Below are positions 12,690 through 26,200 of a DNA stretch of 64,000 nucleotides, one piece after another. The stretch spans positions 62,001 through 126,000 of the forward strand of contig JAHBMJ010000421.1 in the NCBI GenBank assembly GCA_018398765.1. The letters are read 5' to 3'. The DNA is from Chromera velia (taxonomy: Eukaryota). A model generated the notes under the pieces. That model did not search any database and had not been told where the DNA came from. It saw only the letters and a list, made by a program, of their open reading frames with translations. The position numbers were made by a program, and so were the translations under genes. Position 1 is the first letter of the stretch; each line of letters starts with the position of its first letter.

Positions 12690-12879
12690 TGTTGCGGACC
12701 TTTGGACCTAGGCTCGATCTGGTCCTTAGAGTAATACAGAGAATTAATAGCATTAAATACATACTGTAATACAAAGGCATGCACGTCTGTATCTCAACCT
12801 TTGCAATACAGATTGATTGAGCCTGTTAGAAGGACCGAGTCTTTCCTGATCGATAGGGAAGGCTCTTGTGTGTCTGACA
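12690..12879. repeat. 190-bp LTR-like direct repeat, copy 2
   Basis: Near-identical to 12017-12206. Confidence 0.85.
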
Positions 12880-14648
12880 GATTCTCTGTATGTAGAACTT
12901 GTGGGTGAGTTGATTCCTAAGTTCTAGAGAGCTTAAACTAGAACAATGACCTTCTGCTTGTTACTGCTGTATACTAACCACTAAGTCATGAAAGCAAGCG
13001 GCGTACACGATCCTCTTTTGCTTAGTGCTACTTTAAACTAAAACTGATTCATTTAATTTGTATCTTCTTTCTAGCTATGCCGAGCTATGCAGCCTATGCT
13101 TAAGTAGCGCATAGTAATACCACTCACTTACCACTCAGCCTCTTCCCACCTGGGAGGCCCGACAAATTGGCGGCGACAAAATTAAGGAGCTCGTATAGAA
13201 AAGGACTACTCTGAGCTTCAGACCCCCTTCTCTTTTCCAACCACGTACGTGCAACGCTTCCCAAAGTGCCTCAAGTGGGAGAGGACTTCTAGGGGGGGGG
13301 CCTGCTGGGCTACGTCTTAAAAGCCCAACCGACTCCGCTGGATACCGCCCTCCCCAAGCGGGCGAGGGGCAATAGCAACACTTGATGGAAGAAATGGAGA
13401 TTAAAGGGAGAGAAAACATGTGAATTAATTAAAAGGCTACTAGAATAGTGAAGAGAGCTAGGGAGAGAGAGGGATGGAAAGGCAGTGAGAGAGAGGATTG
13501 TGGATAAATATCCGTTACATTGTGGCTTGTACGGCGACTTGATCACCCGCCGAACTTACTAGAACTGGGGAACTAACTTCGCAATACTAAGTCCGGCCGG
13601 CATTAATTAAGTGCACTAAGAGAATTAAGTGACAGACTGACAATACAGAGAAAGAAATAATAGACTTGCAATACAGAAATAAATAGAAGTATGCCGTACA
13701 GTCTTCGTCCACCTGTATCGCTTGAATAGAGTCCTTGGAAGTGAACTCTGACTGACAAACTTAAAGAGGTAAGGTATGATAAGTCTCCAACTAGACTACG
13801 TTCTTAGTCTAGGAGGAAATCTGACGATATCTAGATAAATGTGGACAAAATGGGAGAGGGATTGACGGAAAGAGAACTGGGTTGAGAACAACCAGGCCAG
13901 GTCGTTAAAAAAAACAATTGAGAAGACGGGCAGAATGATAAGTCAAGGAAAATGAAGGTGAAGAGAGAGAGCGAGCAATGTAATCATTGACTAAGCAACA
14001 ATAAAGTAATGGAGGACAACAGTGTACTGTGAACAAGAAAAATGACTCAGAGTGGACACATATAGAATCTCAGCAAGCAGGAAAGAAAAAAACAAAGCGG
14101 GGAGGAAAGCAATACCAGCAAGCAACCAAAAATTGAGGGAAAGAGCGTGAGCAAAGAGCGTGAGCAAAGAGCGTGAGCAAGCAAAACTAAACGCAGAGAA
14201 CGAAAAAAAAAAAACGGGAAGCAAACAATACCAGGAAGCAAGCAAGAATACAAGAGAAAGAAGGAAAGGAATATCAACCAGCAAGAATCTTCCCAAGAAG
14301 AAGAGAATCAAAAACCGGATGTGGTTAATTGCGTGAAATGGACGGTGGAGAGGTGAATGAAAGGAAAGGACCTAGAAGATTGGCCGAAGAACTTGAAGAA
14401 GCGGACCAGCACGAAGATCAAATGGAAGGAGACGCTGCATGGATCTTGAAGGATTGGGCACTTCGGGGGATTGTATGCATTCACAGCTCACAGGCGTAAA
14501 AGATCAAAGGAATCAGAGGCCAGAAACAGAAGCATCGACGCACAAATCAAATGACACTTTGCAAAAACTCATTCAACAAATTTAAAGACGCAAGTGCCCG
14601 ATGTTCATTCAAGTCATCCGCATCCATCCCCTTTTGTTATTCGGGTCC

Positions 14649-15146
14649 CTAGTTGTACTTCACTCCGCCCATGAAGGTTCGGGCGTCCGGTGCCTGGCCA
14701 GAGAAGGAAGCTCCCGAGAAGTCAAACCCTGGGTGCTCTTCTTGAAATCTCTCCAACATCAGTTTTTTCTGCACTTCCTGCTGAGAGAAGGCGTCAAGCC
14801 CTCCATGGTTCTTGAACGCACTTGGCCAGGTCTCCGCCTTCTTCACCTTCCCTAGTTGAATGTGGAGCTCTCCATCCTCCAACATCCAGAACGAACAAGA
14901 AGAGTCAGCAAGGGAAGAAAGCTCCTCACTCAGGAAAGGAGGGTTCCCCTTTAGTCCTACGGAGACTTTTCGTGGTTCCAGTTTGATATCCAAATGATGC
15001 TTCGTTACACCCTCAGGTGGTTTGATGTACACGTGAACCTCATCAATGCTCTGCTCCCACTCATAGATCACACGCTGGTCGTACATGAAGGCCTGCCTCC
15101 CCCGAGCCTTCTCGACCATCTGTTTGAGCTCTGGTGCTTCTTGCAT
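14649..15146 (-). CDS. NudC-family CS/p23-domain co-chaperone, intronless
   Basis: YEWEQSIDEV...SFWMLEDGELHIQLGK...W...KKLMLERFQEEHPGFDFSGASFSG is typical of NudC/NUDCD2-like proteins. Confidence 0.92.
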   Translation of the reverse strand: MQEAPELKQMVEKARGRQAFMYDQRVIYEWEQSIDEVHVYIKPPEGVTKHHLDIKLEPRKVSVGLKGNPPFLSEELSSLADSSCSFWMLEDGELHIQLGKVKKAETWPSAFKNHGGLDAFSQQEVQKKLMLERFQEEHPGFDFSGASFSGQAPDARTFMGGVKYN

Positions 15147-15904
15147 CCTTCGTATTGATCCTTATTGCTGCCCCTTCTGATTTTCTTCTTCTGATCAAGA
15201 GTCAAAAGAGAAGGGAGGGCCCTCTCTGCCGGATTGGTGCGGGCAGATGCAGGAGCAGAGAACCACTTTGTAATATTAATAGATCAACAGCTGACTTCCT
15301 CCGACCCACAATGACTGAAATTTACGCAGAAAGAAGCGGTGCGGTGACGGCCGCAGCACAGATTGCAGCCCGATCACGTTATCGACTGATGTAAAAGGAC
15401 GATAACAGGACGTAGCAGCTAGTGTGGTCGAGAAATGTCGGGAAATGTCGAGAATTCAAAGTATCTTCAAAGTAGCTGCAGTCTGAAGAGCCGAAAATTC
15501 ACTGCATGAGACGTCTCTCTTTTGCGAATTGACCGCGCGAATTTGACGCACGCACGGACCTGCAACTCTGCAACACCGGCCGCGCGAATCAACTCCGCGC
15601 CGCGCGGGGCTCTCACTCGATCATTGAAAATGATATTGAATCCAATGATGCAGAACTTGATTCGGAAACCTATTCAGAAGTCCTTGAAAGTGTCCTCCCT
15701 AAGGCTTCCTTGTAATCGCAGCGATGCATCAGATTTAATTGTATATAAAAACTGAATTCCTGCATCACATCACCCTTCATCTTACAAGTCCTCAGTGTAA
15801 CCGTATGTAGTTGATTTGAATCAACGTTGTGCTTCAGACTGAGAAGACGGGGAGCACACGAAGCTGACTCTTCTTTTCTGCCGGGCACCTTTCCGCTTTG
15901 CTAG

Positions 15905-17731
15905 ATGCAGCGCCTTCTGCCGAAGCAAATCATGGCAACAAGGAGGCCTGGAGCGAAGTTTATTCTTGGCGTTTCCGTGCACAATCGAGTGTGCTTCGCC
16001 GACACTTTTTCAGACAGTGACTGTTCAGGAGCAGTTTTCGAAACTTACGTTCACTTCTCCGATGGCACCAGCCTCCTTGCCGTGAGGTATATGGCCGACT
16101 GTTACTCTGGCTACACGACTGCTCACTACGTTGACATTGTCGAGTCCATGCCGACGCCTCGATACCACCCGATGCACTACACTCCAACCAGACCGCTGCA
16201 GAATCCGCAGGTGAAAGAGGCTACCCGAATTGATGATATTGGTGGAACGGTTTTTGGTCAGCGAAAGAGTTCAAGGTGCTGACAGCCATCCACAAGCCTT
16301 TTCTTCTCGGGAAAGGCTTCGAGTTCGATATTCTCGAGTGGACCCGAAATACCTGCGAGTATTATCCGGAAGATTCCTGCCTTCGCAAGTTCATGAACAG
16401 CACCAGCTTCAAAAAGAACGTGAGGTCTCGACACAACATTCGCCTGGCATTCATCATTCTTGTCAACGGCACTGTATCCGAAGGAGGAGAAGCATCGCTC
16501 CCTCCTCTCCTCTCCTGTGTTCCCAACATAACTGAGGTCAAGGGTGAGCGTATGCAGATTGGCAATTCGAGTATTTCCATTTTACCCGACGTTTGCCTCG
16601 TCTCAAAGAGTGGCGGCCCTATGTCGCGTGAGGCCCTCTCGAAGTTCATTCAGTCGGGGGTGTCTGAACTGCGCGGGACCGATGCAGTCCTTGTCCGCGT
16701 CAGTCTGGTGAACAATCAGTCACAAGGGCAGCAGAATGCAGGTACGACTCTAGAGATGACTTCTCAGTCGCTTCAGGCCAGTCCGACTGGGTTTTCAGTC
16801 CACTCTGGCGCTGGTGATGGAAGTGGGGGTGGGAGTGCTGCAGGCTTGCAGGGAAGTTCAGACCGCCAGCTGGCCCTTCAGTCAGCCCGGCTGGTTCTGT
16901 GCGGTCCCTCAGGCATCGGAAAGTCCCATCTCGCTCAGACGCTGCTTGCAATGTACCAGGGAGGGCTGTCGCCATTTGATCTGCCAAATGAGACGTTGGG
17001 GGGCACGGAAGCAGAGAGATTCTCTGTCCTGGAGACAGACTCTCTCGTTGTCTGCAGAGGCTGGTACACCAAGCAGCCCTGTGGCAGTGGACTCCAGAGA
17101 GAGGGTGACATTGTGACACATGACAGCAATTCCTCCACCAACCCCGCCACCGCCCTTCCAGCTGTGCCGGCCCCAGCGCCCTCACCCCTCCCCTCTCCTC
17201 TATCAGCTCTCGCACTGCCAGATGCCGAACTGCCCCCCGGCTCTCAGTCCGGGGCAGGTGCTGCAGTGGCTGCCATAAACAGAAAGAGAGATCGACAAGA
17301 AAACGAGGCTACTGCAGCGAAAGGAAAAGACAAAAACGAGAGTGGGGACAGACTGCAGGTGGGTGACAGAAAGGAGTCAGATGCCGACCCCGTCCGTTCC
17401 CCTCACGCGAAGAAACTGCGTGAGCAGAAGGACTCAGAAGATGCTCGTGAGGCAGGCCTGGATCGAGGGGTCCCTTCCCCACAGAGAGAGCAGAGCCATT
17501 CCGATCCACACGGAGAGGCTCGGCTTTGGGGTGGACGAGGAAGTCCTCGAGGCAGGGCTGAGGGGGGCGGATGTTGTGGTGGTCGGGAATCGTGCTCCTG
17601 ATCTGATCAATGCCGACATCATTCTCTCGAAGCTTGCTGCCTTGAAGCTCAGGGAGGTGGGAGAGGAGAACGGAGAAGTGAACAGAAAGGGAAGGACGGA
17701 AGGTGCAGCTGCTGCAGCTGTCGGGGTGTGA
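15905..17731 (+). CDS. Hypothetical protein with a Walker A motif, split over three frames (pseudogene or unresolved introns)
   Basis: Consecutive ORFs 15905-16282, 16276-17601 and 17342-17731. LVLCGPSGIGKSHLAQTL at about 16891-16944, followed by LETDS and ADVVVVGNR. Confidence 0.55.
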
Positions 17732-19127
17732 GGGAGTCCGACCCTTTGGCAGGTTCGGGCACAGAGGGGGGCCGGGGAGAGAGGACAGGGCTGTGCGACC
17801 TCTTCAGAGTCGGAGGGCACTGGCAGAGCTGTCCTTCTGATGGAGTTCTCGCTCTTCGACTCCTCCGACTGCACTGCAGAGTCCGAGCTGGACAGACTCC
17901 TGACAGAGATCAACGCCTGATCGAGCAGACAGCCAGCCTGAGGCCCTGCATGTACCTGGTAGATCTGCGTGGTCCAATCGACATGCATGCATGATAGTTC
18001 AGATGCACTTCCATCCATGCGAGCCTGATCGACTAGAGGGGAGAGTTCTTTTTGTCGTTCTCGGCTGCAATTTGGAGGTGGGAGTGTGTGCATGAGAGAA
18101 GCTGTAGGCATCAGCAGCTTGGTGTTTTCTCTGTGCCGACTCGGATCCAGGTGCCGATTTAGGATGAATTCCATTTGTTTGTTTTATTTGCCCTCGATCC
18201 CGCTGTGCCTCTGTGTTTTCGACTCAGACGTACAGAGCTGCATCCCCAATCGCTTCCTCCGTTCTTCTAGACGCGACTCGACTCGATGCCCTAAGGCTAC
18301 ACAGATTCCACCCCTTTGTTGGTTTTTGTGCTTCGACGTGATGAAATCTATTCAAACTGAATGGGTGCATTAATGGAAGGATGGATGGATGGATCGATGG
18401 ATAGATTGGACAGAAGGTTGGTGGGTCGCAGAGTGGAAAGGTGATCTTGTTTGATTGGGTTCGATCTTTTGCGTTCAATCCGAATGCTGATCGCGAGGCC
18501 TGGATGTGGGGGGGGTAAGGAGGGGACAATATACGCGCCTTTTTCGGGGAGTAGCTCAGAAGAAGATCCAATTTCAATCCGCTTTCATCCAAAAGAATTC
18601 TGATATATGTTGCAGGGGTGATTGAAATCAATGACTTAGACACACAAAAAAAAAATGAAACAAAACCAAAAATTTATAAATTTTACATAATTTTGCAATA
18701 GTTTGTATTAACTTTAATACATAAAAACTAGATATGAAATATATGTGAAACCTAGATGTGAAACTAAGAACGAAAGTTACAAAACACTTACTTATATTTT
18801 ATATTATGAATCATAGATTCCTTCAACTCAATCATTTGTTTAATAGTAATTTTCTCCACTGGCAACTTTAAACGATTCCTATATCGATAGAACGCTTCAA
18901 AATTACGTTTCCTTCATCTATCTGGCCATTTAACCCTACAAAACTTAATGAATTTATAAGTGAATTTAAACGAATTTAAGTGACTTTTTGATGAAATTCA
19001 TTTAACTTAAGCTTTAGTTACTTTACCGTCTTTACGTAAAGTCACTTATAATTTCACAGCTTAAATTCACTTAAATTCACTATGTAATCGAATAAAAAAT
19101 GAAGTTTCGCAGGCAGCACTAGTGGTT

Positions 19128-21331
19128 TTAGTTCTGCCGAAGCGGAAGCGTACCATTGAAAAGTAAATCGATAGGAGCAAAAGAAGCGGGACGTCTCATG
19201 AAGTGGAGTTGCAACCCCCCAGGAAGAACAGTCGAGGAACTGGAAATGATTGATTCTGAGGAGGAAGCAGGCAGCTGCACCTGTTTACCAGAGGTCCCCT
19301 CCGGCCTCGAAGAAGTCTTCAGCTGGCTTGACGACAGCTTCCTTGAATTCATTGCGGCGGGTCCAAGAGACGCGCCGGCTGCCGCTGGAGCGTCGCTCTG
19401 TGGCAGAAGACTGGCGACGCCACTCACAGCATCATACGGAGGGGGCCCTACTCGAGGGTTCCTGGCTTTACCTCTCTGAGCGCTTTCTCCCCCGACAAGC
19501 TGACCCTGTCGCTTCTGATGTCGAGGCCTCAGAGGGGGCTCAGGAGGGGGAGGAGGGGGAACTCCAGAGCCATCGCGCCGGTGTGTTCCCGGAGCTCCGG
19601 CCAGGTCTGCCGATCTGCTTGCTGCTGCTGTTGCACTGGATGTTGATCTTTCGGGAACGGAGGCCGACTGAGAAGAGGGGAGAGGGGCAGAGGAAGCGGA
19701 CGGCTTTACAGAGAGGACCACGGGCCCAGGCGGGGCCACCGGGGGCGGCACGAGAGTCCGAGATTCGAACTCTGGAAGAGACGGGGGTTTGTGCTGGGGA
19801 TCGGGTTCGGAGACGGGTGACAGAGTGGTACGTAAACGTTTTGGGGGAGGCTCGGGCGCCTGAGGGCCTCTCTGGAGATGGTCTCGGGAATGTTTGCCAT
19901 TCGAGGGGACAGTTTTTGTGGTGTTTGACTGACTTTCATTTGACTGTCTCTGTCTCTTCGCCTCTTCCTGTGAAGATGCCGTTTCTTGCCGCGGCCCCTT
20001 CCCTCCTTCCTTTTGACTTGAAACCAAGCTGCCCTGAGGAGAATCAATACACTCTCCTCTCCCTCGCGTGTGCAGTGCAGCACCCTCTCGACCGTCGAGG
20101 CGGTCACTGCTGGCAGCAGCACCGTTGACCCCCCCAGAGGTGCTGTTGGCGGCCTTGGACGGATGCCGAGTAGAGGAGGAGGTTAATATTTGGGATGTCT
20201 GGACGAGAATGGGGTTGAAGGAGTGGGGTCCTCTTCCCATTGGGGGACTTTTCTGAGTCTCTGGGGAAACGGAAACGACGGGGCGAGGCTTCAGCACAGG
20301 TTTAGGTTGTTTGGGTTCTGTCTGATTCCCCTGGAGACACTGCGTGGTCTGTGCTGATTCGGGAAGAGTTTTCTTCTGGGTGCATGGGGGGGGAGCCTTT
20401 GATCGAATTCCAGAAGAGACACCTCCACGATGTGTGAGTGTCGCCGCCACACTTGAATTCGGGTTTGAGCTTCGATCTGCGGGGGAAGCCTTAGGAGAGA
20501 CGGCAGAGGTTGATGCTTCTGTTGTGACGCCTTCTTCCGCTGCTGCAGTGACCTTTTCTTTGGGCTTCTTCTGCAAACGCAATGTCACACGGCGACCTGT
20601 CTGGAGGTCCCCCTCCGATGCCTCCTGTTTCTTAGGCTGCTGCAGTGGGCTGGGAGCCACTTGCGAGGCTTCCTGTGACTTGGGCTGCTGTTTTGAGGAG
20701 GGAACTGCTTTCGGCGCTTCCTGCGTTTTCGGCTGCTGCCGTGAGGCGGGAGCTGACTTGGAAGCAGTAGTACCGACTCTCGCTGAATTATTCGGAGGGG
20801 GTTGTGAGGGTGGAGGGGGTGCTGTTGATTTTGGGGGAGGGGGTGGAGTTGCAGTCTTTCGGGAGGGGGGAACCTGGGGCGAGCGAGAAACGTTTGGTGG
20901 GGTGCGGGTTACCGCTGTCGACCTGCATGGAAGTGGAAGACAAACAGCCATTGCAAGGGGACATCCCTGCCTGACAAATGACTTTTTTCTCTTTCTCCTT
21001 CGTCTTCTGTTATCCACCCGACTCTGTTCTGTCTTCCCTGTCTACTCTTCTTTCCTTTCTTTTCAATTTCTTTGTCTGTTCTCCCTTCCGCTTTTCGTTT
21101 TGCGGAGAAGGGCATTCAAAGCCTGTGGTCCAATTGCGCATTCTGAAATTGTGTAAGCAAATCAGACAGACAGTATGTTGCAATGATGAAAGTGTTTTGC
21201 CCCCCTCTTGCAAGGCTCGTAACCAACTGCAGACATGGGACTCGACAGTTTCATCCCACTCGAACTTCAAAAATATGCGGTTGCGCCCATCCTCTCGCCC
21301 TCACACACTGGCGCACACATGCACGCACAAG

Positions 21332-21378
<47 letters not shown>

Positions 21379-22642
21379 ACGCATACGCTGCCCCTTTATC
21401 TGATCGTCAGTGAGTCGCGGGCTGACTGACTTCGCACCGGCACCCATGGGCGCGCCGCCTTGTCGTCGGACTGAGCTTGCGGCCTTGCCCGGTTGTTGTA
21501 TCGACGTCCTGTGTTTCGGAACTGGTACGGGAGCTAGGGGGCTTGGCCGTTGGTTCGGATGCCCTCCCCCCGGGCGTCCCCCGGTCCCTCTCTCGGGAGG
21601 CTGACTCTGAGGTGCTGTCCCTGAGGTTCTCCTGTTCAGTTCTGTGGCGGAGGTGGGCAGTCCCTTGTCGAGCAGTTCCCTTCTGCTGATGTCATTCAGA
21701 GACAGCTTGAATTGGTGACCCCCTAGAGTCGGGAAACCATCCAGAGGCACGGGCTTTTTGTTCAAATCCTGCAAAGAGAGAGACGTTCAGGGTAGGCATA
21801 CAGGGAAGGCACGTTTTACGTTGACAGTCTGACATGGACACAGAGAGACACGGACATCGACCGACGGATGAACAGCAAGGCACTGACGCACGCAAGCCCG
21901 CACACACTTCCAAAGAAAGAAGAAGAGAGACAACATCGCGGGGAAGAGGAAGAGGGAGAGGCAGGGAGGAGAAGCCTGCCGCACATTCTCAGTCTANNNN
22001 NNNNNCCCCCACACACGCACAGAGAGAGAGAGAGAGAGTACAAGCGCGCGAGCACGCGCACGCACAGTTGAAGAGAGAGAGTCCTGACATCTTTAACTCG
22101 ATGCCAAAAAACATCTCGACGACTTAAGCATCAGCTTCCGGTCTCCCGCCCCCCCTAACCTCCATAGCCCGAAGCGCGGAGGTGTACATCTTGAAGGTCA
22201 CCCACATCGTGTCCCGAGAGCTGTAGCTGATCTTGTCAACCTGCCCGTCTGGTAGACAGAGGGATCGAGGGAGGGAGAAAAGAAGGAAATATATCCATGC
22301 ATGAAAAGAGGCAGGAGATGGAAGGGGGAAGTCGGGAGGTTTTGCAACACCCGAGGCGGCATGCATGGCAAGAGAAGAAGAATTCATCAAGCTCCAGACG
22401 CCGGAAAGGTACTGCTGATAGACAGAAAGGAGGGTGTGAGAGGGTAGAAGCGAGGGGGTGGAGTACCGACATGCCATCCCACGGAGGAAGGTGGAGGAGA
22501 CGGCACGGCAAGACAATCTCCGTCTACTTTGCAAGAAGAGATCATGAGGTCACCAGCGATGCCTGCCATTGCGAGTGTGCAGAACCGACTTACATCGTTC
22601 GAAACAAGTCTTCATCTCTTCCGCCGATGCCCCGCTAGGCAT
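19128..22642 (-). CDS. Protein with an N-terminal RRM-like domain and a long Pro/Ser/Gln-rich disordered tail. Exons: 22642-22594, 22248-22160, 21768-21431, 20922-19128
   Basis: Phase-consistent GT-AG splicing gives MPSGASAEEMKTCFERYGQVDKISYSSRDTMWVTFKMYTSALRAMEDLN, an RRM alpha1-beta2-beta3-alpha2 pattern. The last exon is the 629-aa ORF. Confidence 0.7.
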
Positions 22643-23265
22643 CCGAGTTTCCAGTTTGCAACCCTGGATCATTTCATCGGCGGCTAACTACCTGGCTTGA
22701 CTTCAGTGGCCGGAGACAATTGACCCTAAAGACGGAGGACCCACTTGGACCGACACAACATGCAGACAAAGGTGCCAGAATCACGCCCGCAGAAAGTAGA
22801 CGGATCGTCGAGATCTGATATGTAGGCCAGTGACGCATTCCAGGCTTCCAGTGAGACTCTGTGTGACATTCAGAATCATTCAGATGCGCTCAGCTGTCTT
22901 TCAGCCGCGCGATGTGCCGCGCGATGCCGCGCGTGTCCGAATGCCGGGGTCCGCGACTGCATGGAAGTTTGCGCGGTGCATGGGGGGGGCCCTCCGCGGT
23001 CCCGTCTCCTCACTCGGCGGGATAAAAAGAGGTTCGAAGGAAGATCAAAGAAGGAGTAGAACCGCCCCACTTCATGAGCAGTCTCTCCGCTTCCTGACAC
23101 TCATCTGGAACCCAACGGCCCATAAGTTCAGTTGGAAGAAGCATACTGATTGCGTCTCATGAAGCAGGCGAAGCGTCCTTTTTGAGTTTTTTCACCTGTC
23201 TCCTCATTTCAACTTCCACAGTTTTTTTGCACAGACGGTAACTGCTCTCTGAATTTGGGCCCGCC

Positions 23266-26200
23266 ATGCCTCACGACAAACTGATTGGACACAAGTCCAA
23301 CGACATACAGGACCAGCTCCAGGCGGTGAACGTACTCGACGAGGGGGACCCTCTGTATGACAGCGAGGATGTAGGTCGTCTGCATGACTTGACCGCTGTG
23401 CACGTAGGGCGAGATAGTGGAGGACGTACATGCAGGGTCCACAGCATTCCTGTCTCCTTCCCTTCCAGTCTCTCAGCGTCTCTGTCCTTTATTTACCGTC
23501 CCAGCCCCCCCCCCTCCTGCTTGCGCTCATTCTTTTTGCACCCACCTCATCTCCATGCAGGACCGTGCACCCGACTACGTGTTGGAGGAGCTGGACTTTT
23601 CGGACGGGAAGACGCAAGCGAGGCCTCCAGTGAGCCTCTCCATCTACTCCTGCGAGCACAGAGCAACGGAAGTTCCGGTCAGTTCAGTTTGTCACCTCAC
23701 ATCGAGCATCCTGCTAGCATCGAGGGAAGACTGCATCCTTGCAGACAGAACAGAAAGAAGCAAATTCAATTTCTAGAGTAACAGACGGCCGACGGCAGCT
23801 ACGGAAAGTTCCGGCAGAGAGAGACGGACAGGTTTACATCTTGCAAACGAAGGGGGCTCCTCCTGCTGGGTGCCTGGTGGGCGCCGACTCTTCTCATGCT
23901 GAAGGCCTATTGCGTCAAGAAAGGCGACACAGTTTGTCCGTACTTTCCACAGTGTTCCATGTACTCTTTTTTTTTCTCCCCTCTCATCTGCAGGGGGTGG
24001 AGCTTGACGCGTTTGCGGAGAAGACGAAGGCTCTTCTTGAGGGTGGGTGGGTAGGTGGATCAGTTAACGTTTCCTTCATTTTTCTGCTACATTCGTCGTG
24101 CTTCACGTCCTTCGTGACACTGCGGCTGTGGGCGTATGTGAAAGCCCTCGCGTCGCTGCATTCCTTCCTACTGCAATGAGTCTAGGAGCACATCGGGACG
24201 TTCAAAGACCCTCCCTGTACACAAGGGGACGATGTCTTGTGTCCTTGTTCTTCGTTTTTCTTGTCGCCCTGTGAGGATTCCCAAAGTCTAGGCGGAAGGA
24301 GGCATGAAGGCATTCATCGATCGTTGAGACAGACGGTCGATTTGGGAAGTCTCTCTCTTTTTTTCTCTTTCCCCCCCTCTTTCGTCAGTTAAACGGTTCT
24401 CTCCCTGTCTGCTTGCCTGGCTACCTGTGCGCCTTTCAAATTGCGGATGCCATCTGTCTGTCTGTTTGTCTCTCCGCATGCAGACTTTCTCGCTGAGAAG
24501 GAGACAGCAGAGGGTGTCGAGGAGAGACTGAAGAAAATGAATTGCCGTCTCTTCCACGACTTTCTCGTGAAGCATCTCATCCGAATCTCTTTGGACAAAT
24601 CCTTCGACGACCAGAGGAAAACATGTGAGCCGTGCGTGCAGACAGACGTACACATGTGTGTAAGTTCATACATTCTACACGTTCGAAGGAATGGAGTGGA
24701 TGGATGTATATTTATCGATATGAATAAATCGTCTGACAACCAGACAGACGCTCACGTGACGGTGGACTTCTGAAATGCGCCCCTCGACTTTTTTGGCGAG
24801 ACAGACAGAGAGAGAGAGAGAGGGAGAGAGAAAGAGAGAGAATTGGTTGATTTGTTGATTGAATCAGTGACCTATGGTGATCTGTGCGTGGGCCAATGAT
24901 CTGTGCGCCAAAACGCTGCTGACCTTTTCCCTCTTCCTTGACTCTCTCTCTCTCTGTGCAGCGACCCTTCTAACCCTTCTCTGCGACACGAAAGTGATCG
25001 GGAAGGCCCAATTCGCAAGGGGACTAGAGGGACTCATCCAGAGACTCCAGGACGTATCCATCGTCAGTCAGTCAGTCAAACAGGCAGGATGAAGTCTCTA
25101 AGTTAGCAAGTCAAACACCAAATTTCATTTCTCCCCTTCCTTGGGCCGTCTCCGTCCCCTGTGACACCGCGTTTCTCCGCCTCTTTCCCTTTTCTCAATT
25201 GGTTTGCCGATCTGTCTTCTCCCTCCTCTCTGACTGTTGAAGCGGTCTCCCTTCTTTCTTCCTCTTTTTTCCCTCTTGATGCGTGGCTCATCTTCCTTCA
25301 TCGAGCTCTTTCTTTCTTTGTTGGTTATGCATCGATCCCCCCCCTCTGTGCATGCGTGACCCTCCCTCCCTCCTGTCCCTCCCCGCTTGTTCCCTCCCTC
25401 CGGATTTGCGCCTCCTGATGCCCTCCTACAGGACGTCCCTGACGCCGCTAATCTCCTTGCCACCTTCATTTTCTGGGCAGAGGACGATAGCGTCCTCCCC
25501 GCTCAGTTCAGAGAAAGACTGCCGGAAGCATTCCTCCAAGCATTGCCAGAAGAGACCGCAGCCAAGTTCAGCGACCAGCTGCAAACGTCAGTCAGAAAGC
25601 CAGAGAGAGCTATGGAGCTGCAACCCCCTTTAGTTTCCTTCCTTCCTGCCTGCGGATTCTTTGGCCCCCTGTGGCCTATCAGTAAGTGAATCCTGCAGGA
25701 ATGACTCGCAAGTTTCCTGGGGTTCTTCCTGCTCTTTTCGCATCCTGCAGGCTTTCATTTCACTGACGCCGTTGAGTGGCTGACAGGATGCACAGATTAA
25801 GCGATCACTTGATCGATCTGACATTGTGTCAGCAGTCTCATGCATGTGTCTTTTCTTTCACCGACAACAGATCCATCAGTAGACAGCCAGTCGAAGGGTT
25901 AGACCCTCCACCCCTGGGCTTCAGTTTCGTCCTAGCCTTTGTCCCCCCTTGTAACCCCTTTACCCTAGCTGTCTTCCCTCTATTGAATGAATGAATCCAT
26001 ACATACATGCAGGCTCCGTGGACTGAAGGAGGGCCCCATGGGAACCTTCGCCTCGGATGTCGTGGGGGGGTCTCCTGAAGATGCGAAGGCGGTCGGTGGG
26101 GGGGGGTGCTTCGGAGGGAAGCGTGGGGGGGTTGGAATGTTGATCAGTTCGTACTGGATGCACTGATCAACCGGGATTGTCCGCAAGAGAGTGAGCAGAC

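Noticed and set aside
13130..14330. Possible further LTR or TE remnant
   Set aside because: No second copy, termini or protein motif that could be supported
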